A stretch of DNA of 64,000 nucleotides from a cyanobacterium endosymbiont of Rhopalodia gibba (GTDB lineage Bacteria > Cyanobacteriota > Cyanobacteriia > Cyanobacteriales > Microcystaceae): positions 2,400,001 to 2,464,000 of the forward strand of contig CP067995.1 of assembly GCA_045159875.1 (NCBI GenBank), read 5' to 3'. Below, in pieces: positions 34,793 through 46,126 of the stretch. Every line of letters starts with the position of its first letter. Positions within the stretch are counted from its first letter, which is position 1. The notes beneath the pieces are model-generated. The model saw only the letters and a list, made by a program, of their open reading frames with translations, searched no databases and was not told the origin of the DNA. The position numbers were made by a program, and so were the translations under genes.

Positions 34793-37700
34793 ATGTTCAA
34801 ACTCTCCACCTATAGTTTTTTAAAAGTCCTCGGCAGTTTATTTGGACTGTGGCTAGCCTTTGAATTACTCTCCTATCTGGTGGTGGAGTCTCTTTGGTTT
34901 CATGAGTTAGGCTATCTAAATTCCTTTTTAAAGCGGTTACTGTGGCAATTTGGGCTATTTGGTATAACAACAGGATTTTCTCTTGTTTTTTTACTGAAGA
35001 ACTTACACCAAGCACAGTATTATCAATGGCATTCTATCCCAGAACCCCCTTTTCTCGAGAAAGAACGACACATGGGGAATAGGAGCAGTCACAGCCAAAA
35101 AAACTATCAGATCTCATTTCCAGAATCCCGTTCCTTTGGTCTATCTTGGTTACTAACCTTAGTATTGTTCCTGGGAACACTGATAGGCTTGATGTTACTG
35201 TACTACAGTCAAGTTGTCTATGATGTTTGGACTCCTGATCTAACTCTTCCCAATATAACTCCCCCGCTTCCCTCTCCTTTTTATTTTAATTCCATACCAA
35301 AACTTTTTTCTCAAATTCATCAGCATCTTTGGAAGGTTGGAGTTGTTGGAGGATTAATTCTTTTGACTTTATTGAGGAGAAAATCCTATCTAAAAGCCAT
35401 GGCCATTATTTTTAGTATTATTTTTGGCTTGGTAATATCAGGGAATTGGACAAAAATTCTTCAGTATTTTAACTCAACTCCTTTTTCAGCGATAGATCCT
35501 CAATTTAGTAGAGACATCAGTTTCTATGTCTTTGAGTTACCGTTTTGGAAATTGCTTGATTTTTGGTTAGGTGGACTATTTATCTACGGCTTTGTCGCCG
35601 TTAGCCTTACCTATCTCCTATCGGGTAAAAGTCTTTCTCAAGGAGAATTTCCAGGTTTCTCGCGCCACCAACTACGTCATCTGTATCTATTAGGCGGTTT
35701 AACCATCTCGATTGTAGGATTGCGCCATTGGTTGAACCGTTATGATCTTCTATATTCTCCCCGTGGAGTGGTTTATGGGGCAAGTTACACCGATGTCCAT
35801 GTGTCATTACCCGTGCATACGACCCTATGTATCTTAGTCACTGTGATCGCTGTGTGGTTACTCCTTAAAGCCATAACAGGATTCGGTCCCCCCTCCTCTG
35901 TGCAACCTCTTAAAAGTAAGAATAGACCTTTTTTTCCTTTTTCGACCCTTCCTTTTATTTTATATTTAATCATTCTCATTTTTGGTTCATTCGCGACTGA
36001 AGTAGTTCAAAGTTTTGTAGTTCAACCGAATGAATTAGGCCGAGAACGCTCTTATATTGAACGAAGTATTGCCCTAACCCGCACCGCGTTTAATTTAGAT
36101 AAAATTCAAATCGAAACCCTTGATGCTACTGGAACTCTGACGGATGAAGATCTGCAAGATAATCATTTAACTATCAAGAATATTCGTCTGTGGGATGCTC
36201 GTCCTTTACTACAAACAAACCGTCAACTGCAACAGATTCGTCTTTATTATAAATTTCCTGACGCAGACATTGATCGTTACAAAATTCCTATAGAAAATGA
36301 ATGCTTATCCACCAACATAGCTAAACAACAGGTATTGATTGCAGCTAGGGAGCTTGATTATAATGAAGTTCCTGAACAAGCTAAAACCTGGGTTAACAAA
36401 CATTTAATTTACACTCACGGCTATGGATTTACTATGTCCTTAGTCAATCGAGTCGATCAAGGGGGATTACCATTCTATGTTGTCCAAAATATTGGGACAA
36501 CCAGCAATGCAGGGGAATTACAAACTCCAAGTGCTAACATTTGTGACAGTATTCCCATTGATAACCCTCGTATCTACTTTGGGGAATTGACCGATACTTA
36601 CATCATGACTAATACTGAGGTACAAGAATTAGACTATCCCAGCGGTCAGGATAATGCTTACAATGTCTATGATGGTCAAGGAGGTATCTCTATTGGTTCG
36701 GCAGTACGACGACTACTATTTGCCGAGTATCTCAAAGACTGGCAAATGCTGTTTACTAAAAATTTTACGTCCCAGACTCGTTTGTTGTTTCATCGTGATA
36801 TTAACCGTCGTATTCGTAAAATTGCCCCTTTTCTACACTTTGATCACGATTCTTATTTAGTCAGTGCGAAGGTAGATGACTCTAACTCTAATAAGTTAGT
36901 CAGTTCCAGTACTCTCTATTGGATTATAGATGCTTATACCACCAGTGGTGGCTATCCTTATTCTGATCCAGGAGAACACAACTTTAACTATATTCGTAAC
37001 TCCGTAAAAATCGTAATTGATGCCTATAATGGAGACGTGCAATTCTATGTTGTTGACCCCAGTGATCCTATCATTCAAACCTGGCAACAAGTTTTTCCAG
37101 ACTTATTTAAACCTTTAGAAGAAATGCCTATCACCCTCAAGGCACATATCCGCTATCCCAAAGACTTGTTTAATACTCAATCAGAAAGACTGTTAACTTA
37201 TCACATGACTGATGCTCAGGTATTTTACAATCGTGAAGATCAATGGCGCATTCCCCAGGAAATTTATGGGAGAGAACGACAGCCTATTGAACCTTATTAT
37301 CTTTTGATGCGTGTGACGGGAAAGTCTCAAGAATTTATTTTAATCAACTTTTTTACGCCTACAAGTCGCAATAATTTAATTTCAGGTTTATTTGCTCAGT
37401 CTGATGGACGAAATTATGGCAAACTGAATTTGATTCAATTACCCAAGCAACGAGTTATTTATGGACCCGAACAAATTGAAGCTTTGATTAATCAAGACCC
37501 AGTAATTTCTCAACAAATTTCCCTCTGGAATCGTCAGGGATCTCGTGTTATTCAAGGTAATCTTTTAGTCATCCCTTTTTTTGCTGAACAATCTCTTCTT
37601 TATGTAGAGCCCTTATATTTAGAAGCCGAGCAAAATAGTCTTCCGACGTTGGTAAGAGTCATCGTGATTTATGAAAATAAAATTGTTATGGCCCAGAATT

Positions 37701-37807
37701 TAGATAAGGCACTTCAATCAATTTTTGAACCTTCAGAATCTACTCCTGAGACAATTATTCGATCTCTTACAGAAGAAGAAAGACAGACATTACTAGAATT
37801 AAAATGA
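34793..37807 (+). CDS. UPF0182 family membrane protein
   Basis: DPQFSRDISFYVFELP, YGASYTDVHV, NIRLWD, WVNKHLIYTHGYG, FNYIRNSVK and YVEPLYL motifs. Confidence 0.93.
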   Translation: MFKLSTYSFLKVLGSLFGLWLAFELLSYLVVESLWFHELGYLNSFLKRLLWQFGLFGITTGFSLVFLLKNLHQAQYYQWHSIPEPPFLEKERHMGNRSSHSQKNYQISFPESRSFGLSWLLTLVLFLGTLIGLMLLYYSQVVYDVWTPDLTLPNITPPLPSPFYFNSIPKLFSQIHQHLWKVGVVGGLILLTLLRRKSYLKAMAIIFSIIFGLVISGNWTKILQYFNSTPFSAIDPQFSRDISFYVFELPFWKLLDFWLGGLFIYGFVAVSLTYLLSGKSLSQGEFPGFSRHQLRHLYLLGGLTISIVGLRHWLNRYDLLYSPRGVVYGASYTDVHVSLPVHTTLCILVTVIAVWLLLKAITGFGPPSSVQPLKSKNRPFFPFSTLPFILYLIILIFGSFATEVVQSFVVQPNELGRERSYIERSIALTRTAFNLDKIQIETLDATGTLTDEDLQDNHLTIKNIRLWDARPLLQTNRQLQQIRLYYKFPDADIDRYKIPIENECLSTNIAKQQVLIAARELDYNEVPEQAKTWVNKHLIYTHGYGFTMSLVNRVDQGGLPFYVVQNIGTTSNAGELQTPSANICDSIPIDNPRIYFGELTDTYIMTNTEVQELDYPSGQDNAYNVYDGQGGISIGSAVRRLLFAEYLKDWQMLFTKNFTSQTRLLFHRDINRRIRKIAPFLHFDHDSYLVSAKVDDSNSNKLVSSSTLYWIIDAYTTSGGYPYSDPGEHNFNYIRNSVKIVIDAYNGDVQFYVVDPSDPIIQTWQQVFPDLFKPLEEMPITLKAHIRYPKDLFNTQSERLLTYHMTDAQVFYNREDQWRIPQEIYGRERQPIEPYYLLMRVTGKSQEFILINFFTPTSRNNLISGLFAQSDGRNYGKLNLIQLPKQRVIYGPEQIEALINQDPVISQQISLWNRQGSRVIQGNLLVIPFFAEQSLLYVEPLYLEAEQNSLPTLVRVIVIYENKIVMAQNLDKALQSIFEPSESTPETIIRSLTEEERQTLLELK

Positions 37808-38565
37808 ACAATTATCAGACTAAGACTAACGCTCTAATTTTTGGAGCATCAAGAGGAATCGGTTTAGGGTTTGTTAGAGCTCTTCTCGAAAAACAGGACG
37901 TCAATATTTATGCAACTTATCGTCGGAGAAATTTATCCGCCGAATTACTTTCCTTGGAAACTACACATCACCAGGTACTTCATTGCTTAGCAGTAGATGT
38001 AACAAAAGAAGAGCAAATTGCTAATCTTTCAAATTATATACAGCAAACGGAATCTAAACTTCATCTAGTAATTAACTGTGTAGGAATTCTACATCAAGGA
38101 GCCTTACAACCTGAAAAAAGTATCAGACAGATTTATTCAGAAACCTTGGTTTATTATTTTCAAGTCAATAGCATTGCTTCTGCTTTAATTGCTAAGCATT
38201 TTCTACCATTATTTTGTCATCCTAATAAAAGTATCTTGGCTTTTATTGGGGCAAAAATAGGGAGTATTGGTGATAATCATTTAGGAGGTTGGTATGGCTA
38301 TCGCGCTTCTAAAGCGGCTCTGAACATGTTTATGAGAACGATTGCCATAGAGTATAGTCGCAAATGTCCCCAAACAATTGTAGTTAGTTTACATCCTGGA
38401 ACGACTGATACAGATTTATCAAAACCTTTTCAAAAAAACATTCCCCCCAATCAATTATTCTCAATAGAGAAAACAGTCAATCAACTACTAGAAGTGATTA
38501 ATAGTTTAACTGAAAACGACAGTGGATATTTTTTCTCCTGGGATGGCAATCGTGTGCCCTGGTAG
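37804..38565 (+). CDS. Short-chain dehydrogenase/reductase (CsgA/C-factor-like)
   Basis: GASRGIG, GSIGDNHLGGWYGYRASKAALNM and HPGTTDTDLSKPF motifs; 4-nt overlap with the upstream gene. Confidence 0.92.
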   Translation: MNNYQTKTNALIFGASRGIGLGFVRALLEKQDVNIYATYRRRNLSAELLSLETTHHQVLHCLAVDVTKEEQIANLSNYIQQTESKLHLVINCVGILHQGALQPEKSIRQIYSETLVYYFQVNSIASALIAKHFLPLFCHPNKSILAFIGAKIGSIGDNHLGGWYGYRASKAALNMFMRTIAIEYSRKCPQTIVVSLHPGTTDTDLSKPFQKNIPPNQLFSIEKTVNQLLEVINSLTENDSGYFFSWDGNRVPW

Positions 38566-39566
38566 CTTTCTTATAATTAAGTCTTAACTTAACTTTAATA
38601 ATAGGAACTATTTTACCATCGATTGATTTCTGATTAGCGTAATCGACATTATTCTCCATTAAACTTAGTCTGTTCTTCGGTTAAAACAGCATTCTCTTTA
38701 ATAAGAGTACACATACTCTATAAGGTTTTTACTAAAAAAAACATATTTTCCACAAAAATTAATCCCGTCACCCAAAATTGCCATCTCATCATATAAGAAA
38801 GACAAATAATACCTAATACATATACTATTTCTGCCGTCCCTAAAGCGCGGAACTTAAGACTTAAGTCCTCATCCTATTAATAAGTATCCGACGGCACATA
38901 ATCATAACAAAAAATTAGATAAATGCATTAATATCTAATTCAAAAAAAATACCTCAGTCATTAAGAATAACTCGCACTAAACATCAAAGATAGCCCAAGT
39001 ACAGAGTATCTATCGGATGCATTTAACCTTCTCTCAAAAATAGGTTTAGCTAATCATTATAGTTTTTCCTATTTGAATAAAGATAGATTAAATAATTGCC
39101 TGGTTTATCCACCTAAGAGGAGAAAATAGAGCATTCATCAGAATAGCTACTGATAATAGACATAAAATAATAAAGATTTAATTTTAATTATCTAAATAGT
39201 GTTGTTAAAAACGCATAATAAGGTTATTAAATTTCAAAAAAATATTGATAATATCAAGATATTTAAATTTTAGTTTTTAATCGCTTAACTAACTTAATCA
39301 TTAGTTAACTTAACATACAAGTATGAGCTAGTTTTACAAGAGAGTCCATTTTTTAAAAAAATCAATCCCTTTCAATTATTAAATCTTCTCTGCTTATTAT
39401 TTTCGAAATTTTTCCGTCAACCTTCTGTTTACAGTTATGATGGTGGCAGGTGATTTGTTACACTAATCCACAAACAAATTCTACCCGCAAAGCATTGTCT
39501 TAGATGTAAGTTCTAAATATTTTAGAGTCGTGCTTATGTTGGCGATGAATAACTGAGGATACTCCC

Positions 39567-39947
39567 GTGAATAATAAGTTCCCAAAATTTGTCTGGCTTA
39601 ATAACTTCGGACTTAACTGCTTGTTGACATTTTTGTTGTTGGGGCTGTTTTTGAGTTCGATAGGGTTAGGCTGGGTCCTTAATAGCTTTCTTATCCTTGT
39701 CGCTTTGATTTTTATTGCTCCAGTGATCGTTTTATGGAGAATACGCTGGTGGCTTCTACGGGATTTAGTTGAAGATAAGTGTCCAGTCTGTAGTTATGGG
39801 TTTACGGGATTTAATAAAACTGAAGGCCAATGTCCTAATTGTGGTGAACCTCTCAAGATAGAAGGAGGGCATTTTCATCGCGTTATCCAACTAGATACAA
39901 TTGATATTGATGCTGTAGAAGTCTCTGTCAATCAATTGGAAGACTGA
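39567..39947 (+). CDS. Conserved cyanobacterial membrane protein with a zinc-ribbon
   Basis: Two TM segments followed by CPVC...CPNCGEPL; GAGGA RBS before the GTG. Confidence 0.8.
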   Translation: MNNKFPKFVWLNNFGLNCLLTFLLLGLFLSSIGLGWVLNSFLILVALIFIAPVIVLWRIRWWLLRDLVEDKCPVCSYGFTGFNKTEGQCPNCGEPLKIEGGHFHRVIQLDTIDIDAVEVSVNQLED

Positions 39948-40207
39948 TTGAACAAATTGGATCGATTGTTGATGATAATAGTTGTTAAGATCTAATTTCT
40001 AGTGAGTGATCGCAAAGTAACTGTTACATAATTTAAAGTTACGTCGGCTTTTAGCAAAGAGAATTTGCTCTGTGCGGTAAACTAGCTTGTGGTTTAATTC
40101 AGACTTTTTGAAAAAACTAAAACAAGATTACTCCTTAAGGTACAAGGAATTTATCTCGGAGATAGTTTTCTACACTGCTAGTAAGGACGCCTTTTAGATA
40201 TGCCAAA

Positions 40208-40266
40208 CTTTCATCGGCCAAGACCCCTACGATGAAAAGTATTGTAGCGGTCTTGGCCGATGAAAG
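40208..40266. repeat. GC-rich hairpin with an 18-bp perfect stem and an imperfect inner extension
   Basis: CTTTCATCGGCCAAGACC...GGTCTTGGCCGATGAAAG, with inner CTACGAT/ATTGTAG pairing. Confidence 0.95.
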
Positions 40267-40589
40267 AGCAAGCTTCACATACGGACTATCAATCTTGAGT
40301 GGGGTTAGTCAGATCGCTTTGTCTTCTCTGTCTCTTCATATAGAAAAAAGACTGTATTGATTGTAAGTGACGTAAAACAGCCTGCCCGACTGATTTCTTA
40401 AGTGTATGTGTTTATTTACCGACACAAACCACTCTTAATATGAGTTTTGCATACTTAGGCTATCTGAATTTAAGTGTGTGATATGCTAACATTTTTTTTA
40501 TCTGAGCAGCTTTCCCACATATATAGAGCGATCAAACTACTCCCTTTTTTGTATTTTTTAAAAAAATTAATTGTAGTAAGGTAGACGAT

Positions 40590-41251
40590 GTTGAACCTAC
40601 AGGTTGAAAAAATTTTAGTTTAAGCAGAGACAGTCTCTGATTTTTATGTAACAATTTTGAGAATTTTGTTACGTTATTATAACTAAAATAGTGGTTATAC
40701 ACAAATTGCAAATTATTACTACTTTTCGTTGTGGAACATTTCGTTCAAACAAAGTATATGCCAATGACATCAAAATGGAAGACGAGTAGTCCTCACTCTT
40801 AAGTCCATCAGAATGAATCATTGTATTAAGTTAATCTACTGTCTTGCAGATAGATTAACGCCTGCTTTTTCTAATGTAAGACTAACTAAAAAAAGTTCAA
40901 CAAGTGAAAAAACTCGAACACAGACAGGGAAGAGACAAAAACAAACTATTGAATTCCATAATCTTTAGCTAAATTAACTAAATTTTTGATTCTTTGATAA
41001 TCTATCTTATACTGTCGGGTCAGGTCAAAACTGAATCTAGTTCCAGTAATATTAAGTACTATGTTGGAATTAGTAACAGCCTCGGTCAAACTTTCTGATT
41101 TGAGAACATCGCTAACGACCAACTCAACTTCAAAAGGAGAAGTTTTCCTGCCTGTTTACAAAATCTTAGCTAAGATTTTAACTGGAATTTAATGACTGGT
41201 CAGTTATTGAATAATATGTTCCCTTATCTATCCTGCTGCTAATACTTTCAT
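40590..41251 (-). pseudogene. NAD(P)H-binding SDR oxidoreductase (Sll1218/Ycf39/Tic62-N-like) pseudogene
   Basis: AAGGAG RBS, then MKVLAAG*IREHIIQ*LTSH*IPVKIL...VELVVSDVLKSESL..TGTRFSFDLTRQYKIDYQRIKNLVNLAKDYGIQ*FVFVSSL..FFHLLNFF*..GLKSED..TLFE.NVPQRKV; many stops. Confidence 0.88.
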
Positions 41252-41449
41252 CTGTCTCTCCTTAAATTGTTTGTCTGACTGGACTGATTCTACTCATATT
41301 TATCAGTCTAGATACTTAAAGCCTAATAAGCTTACCTAGCATTTTTCTTTAAGATAAAGTACAACAATAATTGGTTGTTCCTTTTTTTCAAAAAAAAGAG
41401 AGTCTTTCAACAGATTAAGTTAACTTTAAATGTTCTATAAAGGTTTGCT

Positions 41450-42160
41450 ATGGAATGCCAATGGACTGAGAATAACTCGACTGATGTGTCTAAACTATCA
41501 AAACCCCTTGAGGAAAACCCGATTTATTTCCAGACACAGTTTGTTGGCTATATGGAAATGTACAGTGATCAGCGGACAGTAACTAACTATCTTAATGCTC
41601 ATCAAGGATGGTTTTGTCGTTGTGCTGAACCGATGAAAACTGAAGCTATGGGAAAAAATGGTTATATCTTATCCGTAGGACGATTTGGTTCTTTTGGATA
41701 TGAAGTGGAGCCAAAAATAGCTGTGGTTTTATTATCATCTCAAGATGGAGGATATCTAATGAATACTATTCCTCTTCCCGAAAAATCTGATTTAGGTTAT
41801 GAGATAGATTATAAGGCTTCTATGCAATTAGAAGAAGTTTCTGCCAAACTAGCAGGAGAGGGAATAGGAAAAGCTTATAAAAAGCAAGGCTTATCTCAGT
41901 TACCAGACGTGATCACTAAAATTCAATGGCAATTACAGATGGATATTGCTATCCAACTTCCTAAATTTATTCACAAGTTACCTTCAAGAGTAATTCAGCA
42001 AACGGGCAATCGCCTTTTAAGTCAGATTATTCGCCAAATTTCTCTTTGTTTAACTTATAAAGTTCAAGAAGATTTTCATACTTGTCGTCATCTTCCCGTC
42101 CCCACGAAAAGTAGCCGCTACTTAGAGGAGGTTATGGTTTCTAAAGAAGAAGTTGTCTAA
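41450..42160 (+). CDS. DUF1997 family protein
   Basis: YLNAHQGWFCRCAEPMK, GRFGSFGYEVEPKI and LPKFIHKLP..IQQTGNRLLSQIIRQIS..LTYKVQEDFH motifs. Confidence 0.85.
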   Translation: MECQWTENNSTDVSKLSKPLEENPIYFQTQFVGYMEMYSDQRTVTNYLNAHQGWFCRCAEPMKTEAMGKNGYILSVGRFGSFGYEVEPKIAVVLLSSQDGGYLMNTIPLPEKSDLGYEIDYKASMQLEEVSAKLAGEGIGKAYKKQGLSQLPDVITKIQWQLQMDIAIQLPKFIHKLPSRVIQQTGNRLLSQIIRQISLCLTYKVQEDFHTCRHLPVPTKSSRYLEEVMVSKEEVV

Positions 42161-42853
42161 AATAAGGATTTAAAGACTGAAAGTAAATCTGATACAAGCC
42201 TAGCCGTGTTTTTTCTAACTAATTAGTCGAGCTCGAATGAGCGTAGAACAGAAAAGTGGCGATTTCTAGATACCAAGCTGCCTAAAAATTCAGCTTTTAG
42301 TTAGATATTTCTAAGAAAGAGAAGGACTGTAAAATTATTCGAGACTTGCAAGAAAACAAAAAAAGCAATTCTATGGTTTCAACAACAAGAAAAACAATTA
42401 AACATAATAGCAATGTGCGAACTGAATAAAAATTTCAGTTATTTTTAATCAAAAACTAGGTTGAAAAGTAATAATTTCTACGAAATTATCAATCAAAAGA
42501 TATATGAAGCTGAAAAATGCTGTTCATACAAAAAAATAGAAATGGTAATTATTCTTGATGATGACTCACTGCGTGCAAGTAGTTTAGTTCAGGTTAAACT
42601 GAAACAATCATAAGAAAAAGAGTTATATCTATTCTTAGACTAATTTCTAGTCTAGAACTAAATACAATAGAAAGAGAATGATATCAAATAAAATCTTATA
42701 AAATAAGACATTATAAAGTTGCAGTAAGGATGTTTGAATATGAACATGCCCGAAGTATTTTATTTAAATAAAGTTTTTATAAAAAAAATTAAAAAATAAA
42801 AGTTGAAGTAATTTGTTCTTTAAGCATAGTCTACTAAATTAGTAATTAACAAC

Positions 42854-42891
42854 TACCAAAGCTTAATGATTTTAATCATTAAGCTTTGGTA
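42854..42891. repeat. Near-perfect palindrome (18-bp arms, 2-nt spacer)
   Basis: TACCAAAGCTTAATGATT-TT-AATCATTAAGCTTTGGTA. Confidence 0.95.
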
Positions 42892-42944
42892 ACATCAGAA
42901 CTTTTATAAAGTAAGACATTCAGCTTCTTTTATTAGAAATCTAT

Positions 42945-42973
42945 AATACATAGTCTATTCTAGACTATGTATT
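42945..42973. repeat. Hairpin (13-bp arms, 3-nt loop)
   Basis: AATACATAGTCTA-TTC-TAGACTATGTATT. Confidence 0.9.
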
Positions 42974-43299
42974 TAACTATGTTTATTTAGAGCTATCTAT
43001 TTACTTAAACTTTAAAAATTGCAAATAAACTAGTCCAATAATCTGTTTTTAGATAATTTTTTTAATATCTGAGTAAATCTCATTTTTTAGAATAGTTACC
43101 GTTTTAAATGAGGATTTAGGAGGATAATGTTGACTATTTCTCTACAAACTTCTTTAAATTATCTCAACACTTCTTGATGAATAAATTAAATTACTTTCAA
43201 TCCATATATTCTGGCAATATGATATTTAGTTTCTTTCTTTATCATAATCTTGAGCTAATTCTGAATTATGACTATCTCCATCTAGATAATCACTAACCT

Positions 43300-44660
43300 T
43301 GATATTGTCCAATATATGAGATAGGTAGAATTAGATGGACGAGGTGATAAACCTTATAAAAATATCAAAAGAGATTATAAATTATCAAAATTTCTCCTAA
43401 TTATTGATTATGTTCAGAGTGATCCTTTTGCTGTGCTAAGTAAAGTTTTTACAAAAGTTCACCCACTGAGCACCTGATTTCCTCTAAGTTTGTATAATTT
43501 TCCTAGTCGACGAATTATCCTTATGGATTATCTAAAATATCGATTTGCTAAAATTACTGAAAAATTAACTACCTATCGGAGGACAGTAAAGAGTAGTTCA
43601 ATCAATATTGTGGCAGTCAAACAGGGAATTTCACCTTGTACCGCAATTTTTTATTAACGATGGTCAGATGAAAGTCTGTTTTTGGGTAGGACTTCCAGTC
43701 CGAGGAAGGATAACTTTAAATCGTTAAGCTGTCCCAATCTTATGTCAATAAGTCCCAGACATGGTTGAGCATGCCTTTAAATATGAGGCTATTGATCCTT
43801 TAAATCTGTAAAATAACCCCAAACTTGCAAAAGATGCTGACTGGTTACGTAAAAAATTTAAAAATCAAAGATGGCTTTTCTGGATAATTGAGCCGTTCTA
43901 CTGCGACTTAGTGGAGTTAATCTCCGTTTCCTATAAAAGAATCTAATTCCTTTTCAATTGTCAAAATTATGGCATCATTTGAGGGATGAGTATCCCATAA
44001 GGTACTACCTTGATTGTAGGTGATGGTTCCCTCCGTGGTAGATAAACTCTACTCAGAACAGTAGAATCAGAAGTTTGTAACCATATTTCAGAGGATAGAC
44101 GATAATTTGTAGCCACGAATCCGGAAATATTTAAAATTAGTCCTAAAAATAGACGAAGTAATGTTAAAGTGGATATTTCTCCTTTTATTAATCGGTTATC
44201 CTGAAAAAGTTTACCCGAGAATTTTCAACGACTAATGCTAGTAAAAGTAGTTCCCAAGTTGCAAATATTATTGAAGGCTTTGAAGCAGGGCTAGACTATT
44301 ACTAGTGGATGAATATACAGCCGCAACTAACTTTATAATCCGTGACCGTCGAATGTAACAATTAATTGCTAAAGATAAAGAGCTCAATTCTACTGTATTG
44401 ATAAGGTTCGACAATTATATACGGATTATGGGGTGTCTACAATCTGAGTTATGAGAGGTAGTGGAAATTATTTATTATGTAGCTTAATAATGTCTAAATG
44501 TTAGTCCAACAAAAGGGCAGATAAGTTTGATCTAATTATTATTAGAATTCTTTTATCGTAAAGTGTTGAGCCGAGTAGAGAAGAACAGGCAGTTAAAGTT
44601 CAAGATGTAGAGCAGAAAGTTTTTGGGATAGAAGATATTGATTTAAGGAGAGTAGAACCT
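43300..44660 (+). pseudogene. Predicted ATPase of the ABC class (ABC_ATPase family) pseudogene
   Basis: Fragments LDGRGDKPYKNIKRDY..LIIDYVQSDPFA; IP*GTTLIVGDG (degenerate Walker A); VDISPFINRL; TNASKSSSQVANIIE; LLVDEYTAATNFIIRDRRM*QLIAKDKE; FGIEDIDL. Many lesions; boundaries approximate. Confidence 0.85.
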
Positions 44661-44682
44661 TGCTGTAAATTTCAGATTAAAT

Positions 44683-44714
44683 GATAGCTAATCTAATTAA
44701 TTAGATTAGCTATC
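44683..44714. repeat. Perfect 32-bp palindrome with no spacer
   Basis: GATAGCTAATCTAATT|AATTAGATTAGCTATC. Confidence 0.95.
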
Positions 44715-44848
44715 TTAACATAATTGCCTCCATAACCTCTCAAAACAAAAATCTAAGCTCTATTGAACTTAAGAGAATCAAAAATATCAAACTTTGACAT
44801 AGTCTTATTTTTTAATTCTTCTTATCATAAGAGAATTCTCGATAAATT

Positions 44849-44882
44849 TTTTAGTTTTAAAATCTTTATTTTAAAACTAAAA
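44849..44882. repeat. Hairpin (15-bp arms, 4-nt loop)
   Basis: TTTTAGTTTTAAAAT-CTTT-ATTTTAAAACTAAAA. Confidence 0.88.
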
Positions 44883-45275
44883 TGTTAATTATTTCACATG
44901 GCAGGTCTAGTACAACTAAAATTTTTCAGCTAATGGATGTAGTTTTTTCTTATATTTAAAAGGACTTGCCGTTTAGATTTTGCTTCATAATCAACAGCAA
45001 ATACCACACGTTACAGCATCAGCATAGGCTGGAAAAAGTCTTTTTCTGATGCCATCATTGACCAGTATGTTGGGTCTTGGCTAATTTGGTTGAGTGAGAT
45101 CTTTTTAGCGTGAATAGTTAATAGCTTGCGCGTAACGGGATAGTGAAAGTAAACTTTATTAATTTTCAAAAGCTATTAACCTATTAAATGTCCTTTTATC
45201 CTTCTTTCTGAGACTCTAATTTTAAAGCAGGATAAATTAAATTCCTATTGTTAAATACGTTGAATCAAAGTCTTT

Positions 45276-46067
45276 CTAGAGAGAAGTTGTTCCTGTTCCT
45301 TGAAACATAAACCAAGAAAGGAAAAAATTAACAACGAATACAGCTAATAAAGCTGTTACAACTGCTGTTGTCGTGGACTGTCCTACCCCCTTAGCTCCCC
45401 CCGTAGTAGTCAACCCCCAACTACAACCAATCACTGCAATTAAACCACCAAAAACAATTGATTTGATAATCGAAGTCAATAAATCCCAAAGCTCAAGAAA
45501 ATTACGGGCAGATTTTAAAAAAACTACCGGAGAGATATCGTATAAACTATCAGCAATTAATAACCCCCCGGCCATCCCAGTCATCAAGGAAAGAAGATTT
45601 AAAACTGGCAACATCATACAACAGGCTAAGACACGAGGAACCACTAAGTAATCGATAGGGTCGGTTTTTAGCATATAAAGAGCATCAATTTGCTCCGTTA
45701 CGCGCATTGTTCCGATTTCGGCGGCAAAAGCTGACCCCACCCGTCCTGCCACCACCACAGCTGTGAGAACGGGGGCTAATTCCCTCGTTAACGCTAAGGA
45801 TAAAACGCCGCCAACGGTACTGGCTGCGCCAAAATGAATGAATTCCCTAGCTACTTGAATTGTAAATACCATTCCTACAAATCCTGCCGTCACTAAAGCA
45901 ATCGTTAAGGACTCAGGTCCAACCACACTCATTTGTTCAAGGGTGTTGCGTCGGTGGATTTTGCTTTTCAGCAGGTGAAAAAAGACTTGTCCTCCTAAGA
46001 AGATAGCCGCTAGTAACCGCTCAAACCACACAGCAAAACCGCGACGGGTACTTGTCTGGTTAGTCAT
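45276..46067 (-). CDS. mlaE: MlaE family lipid ABC transporter permease (Ycf63/TGD1-like)
   Basis: RELAPVLTAVVVAGRVGSAFAAEIGTMRVTEQIDAL, DPIDYLVVPR and GGAKGVGQSTTTAVV motifs. Confidence 0.95.
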   Translation of the reverse strand: MTNQTSTRRGFAVWFERLLAAIFLGGQVFFHLLKSKIHRRNTLEQMSVVGPESLTIALVTAGFVGMVFTIQVAREFIHFGAASTVGGVLSLALTRELAPVLTAVVVAGRVGSAFAAEIGTMRVTEQIDALYMLKTDPIDYLVVPRVLACCMMLPVLNLLSLMTGMAGGLLIADSLYDISPVVFLKSARNFLELWDLLTSIIKSIVFGGLIAVIGCSWGLTTTGGAKGVGQSTTTAVVTALLAVFVVNFFLSWFMFQGTGTTSL

Positions 46068-46126
46068 TGATTTCTTATCCTGTGAATTATGTCTCTTTCA
46101 TTATCAACCAATGATTCCTAATTCCC

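Noticed and set aside
38746..39110. DnaA-box-like 9-mers (TTTTCCACA, TTATCCACC) as a possible oriC
   Set aside because: Only isolated matches, no cluster, and no dnaA/dnaN nearby.
5802..44714. Palindromes as MITE/IS terminal repeats or CRISPR repeats
   Set aside because: No shared sequence between them, no target-site duplications seen, no transposase remnant recognised and no regular spacing.
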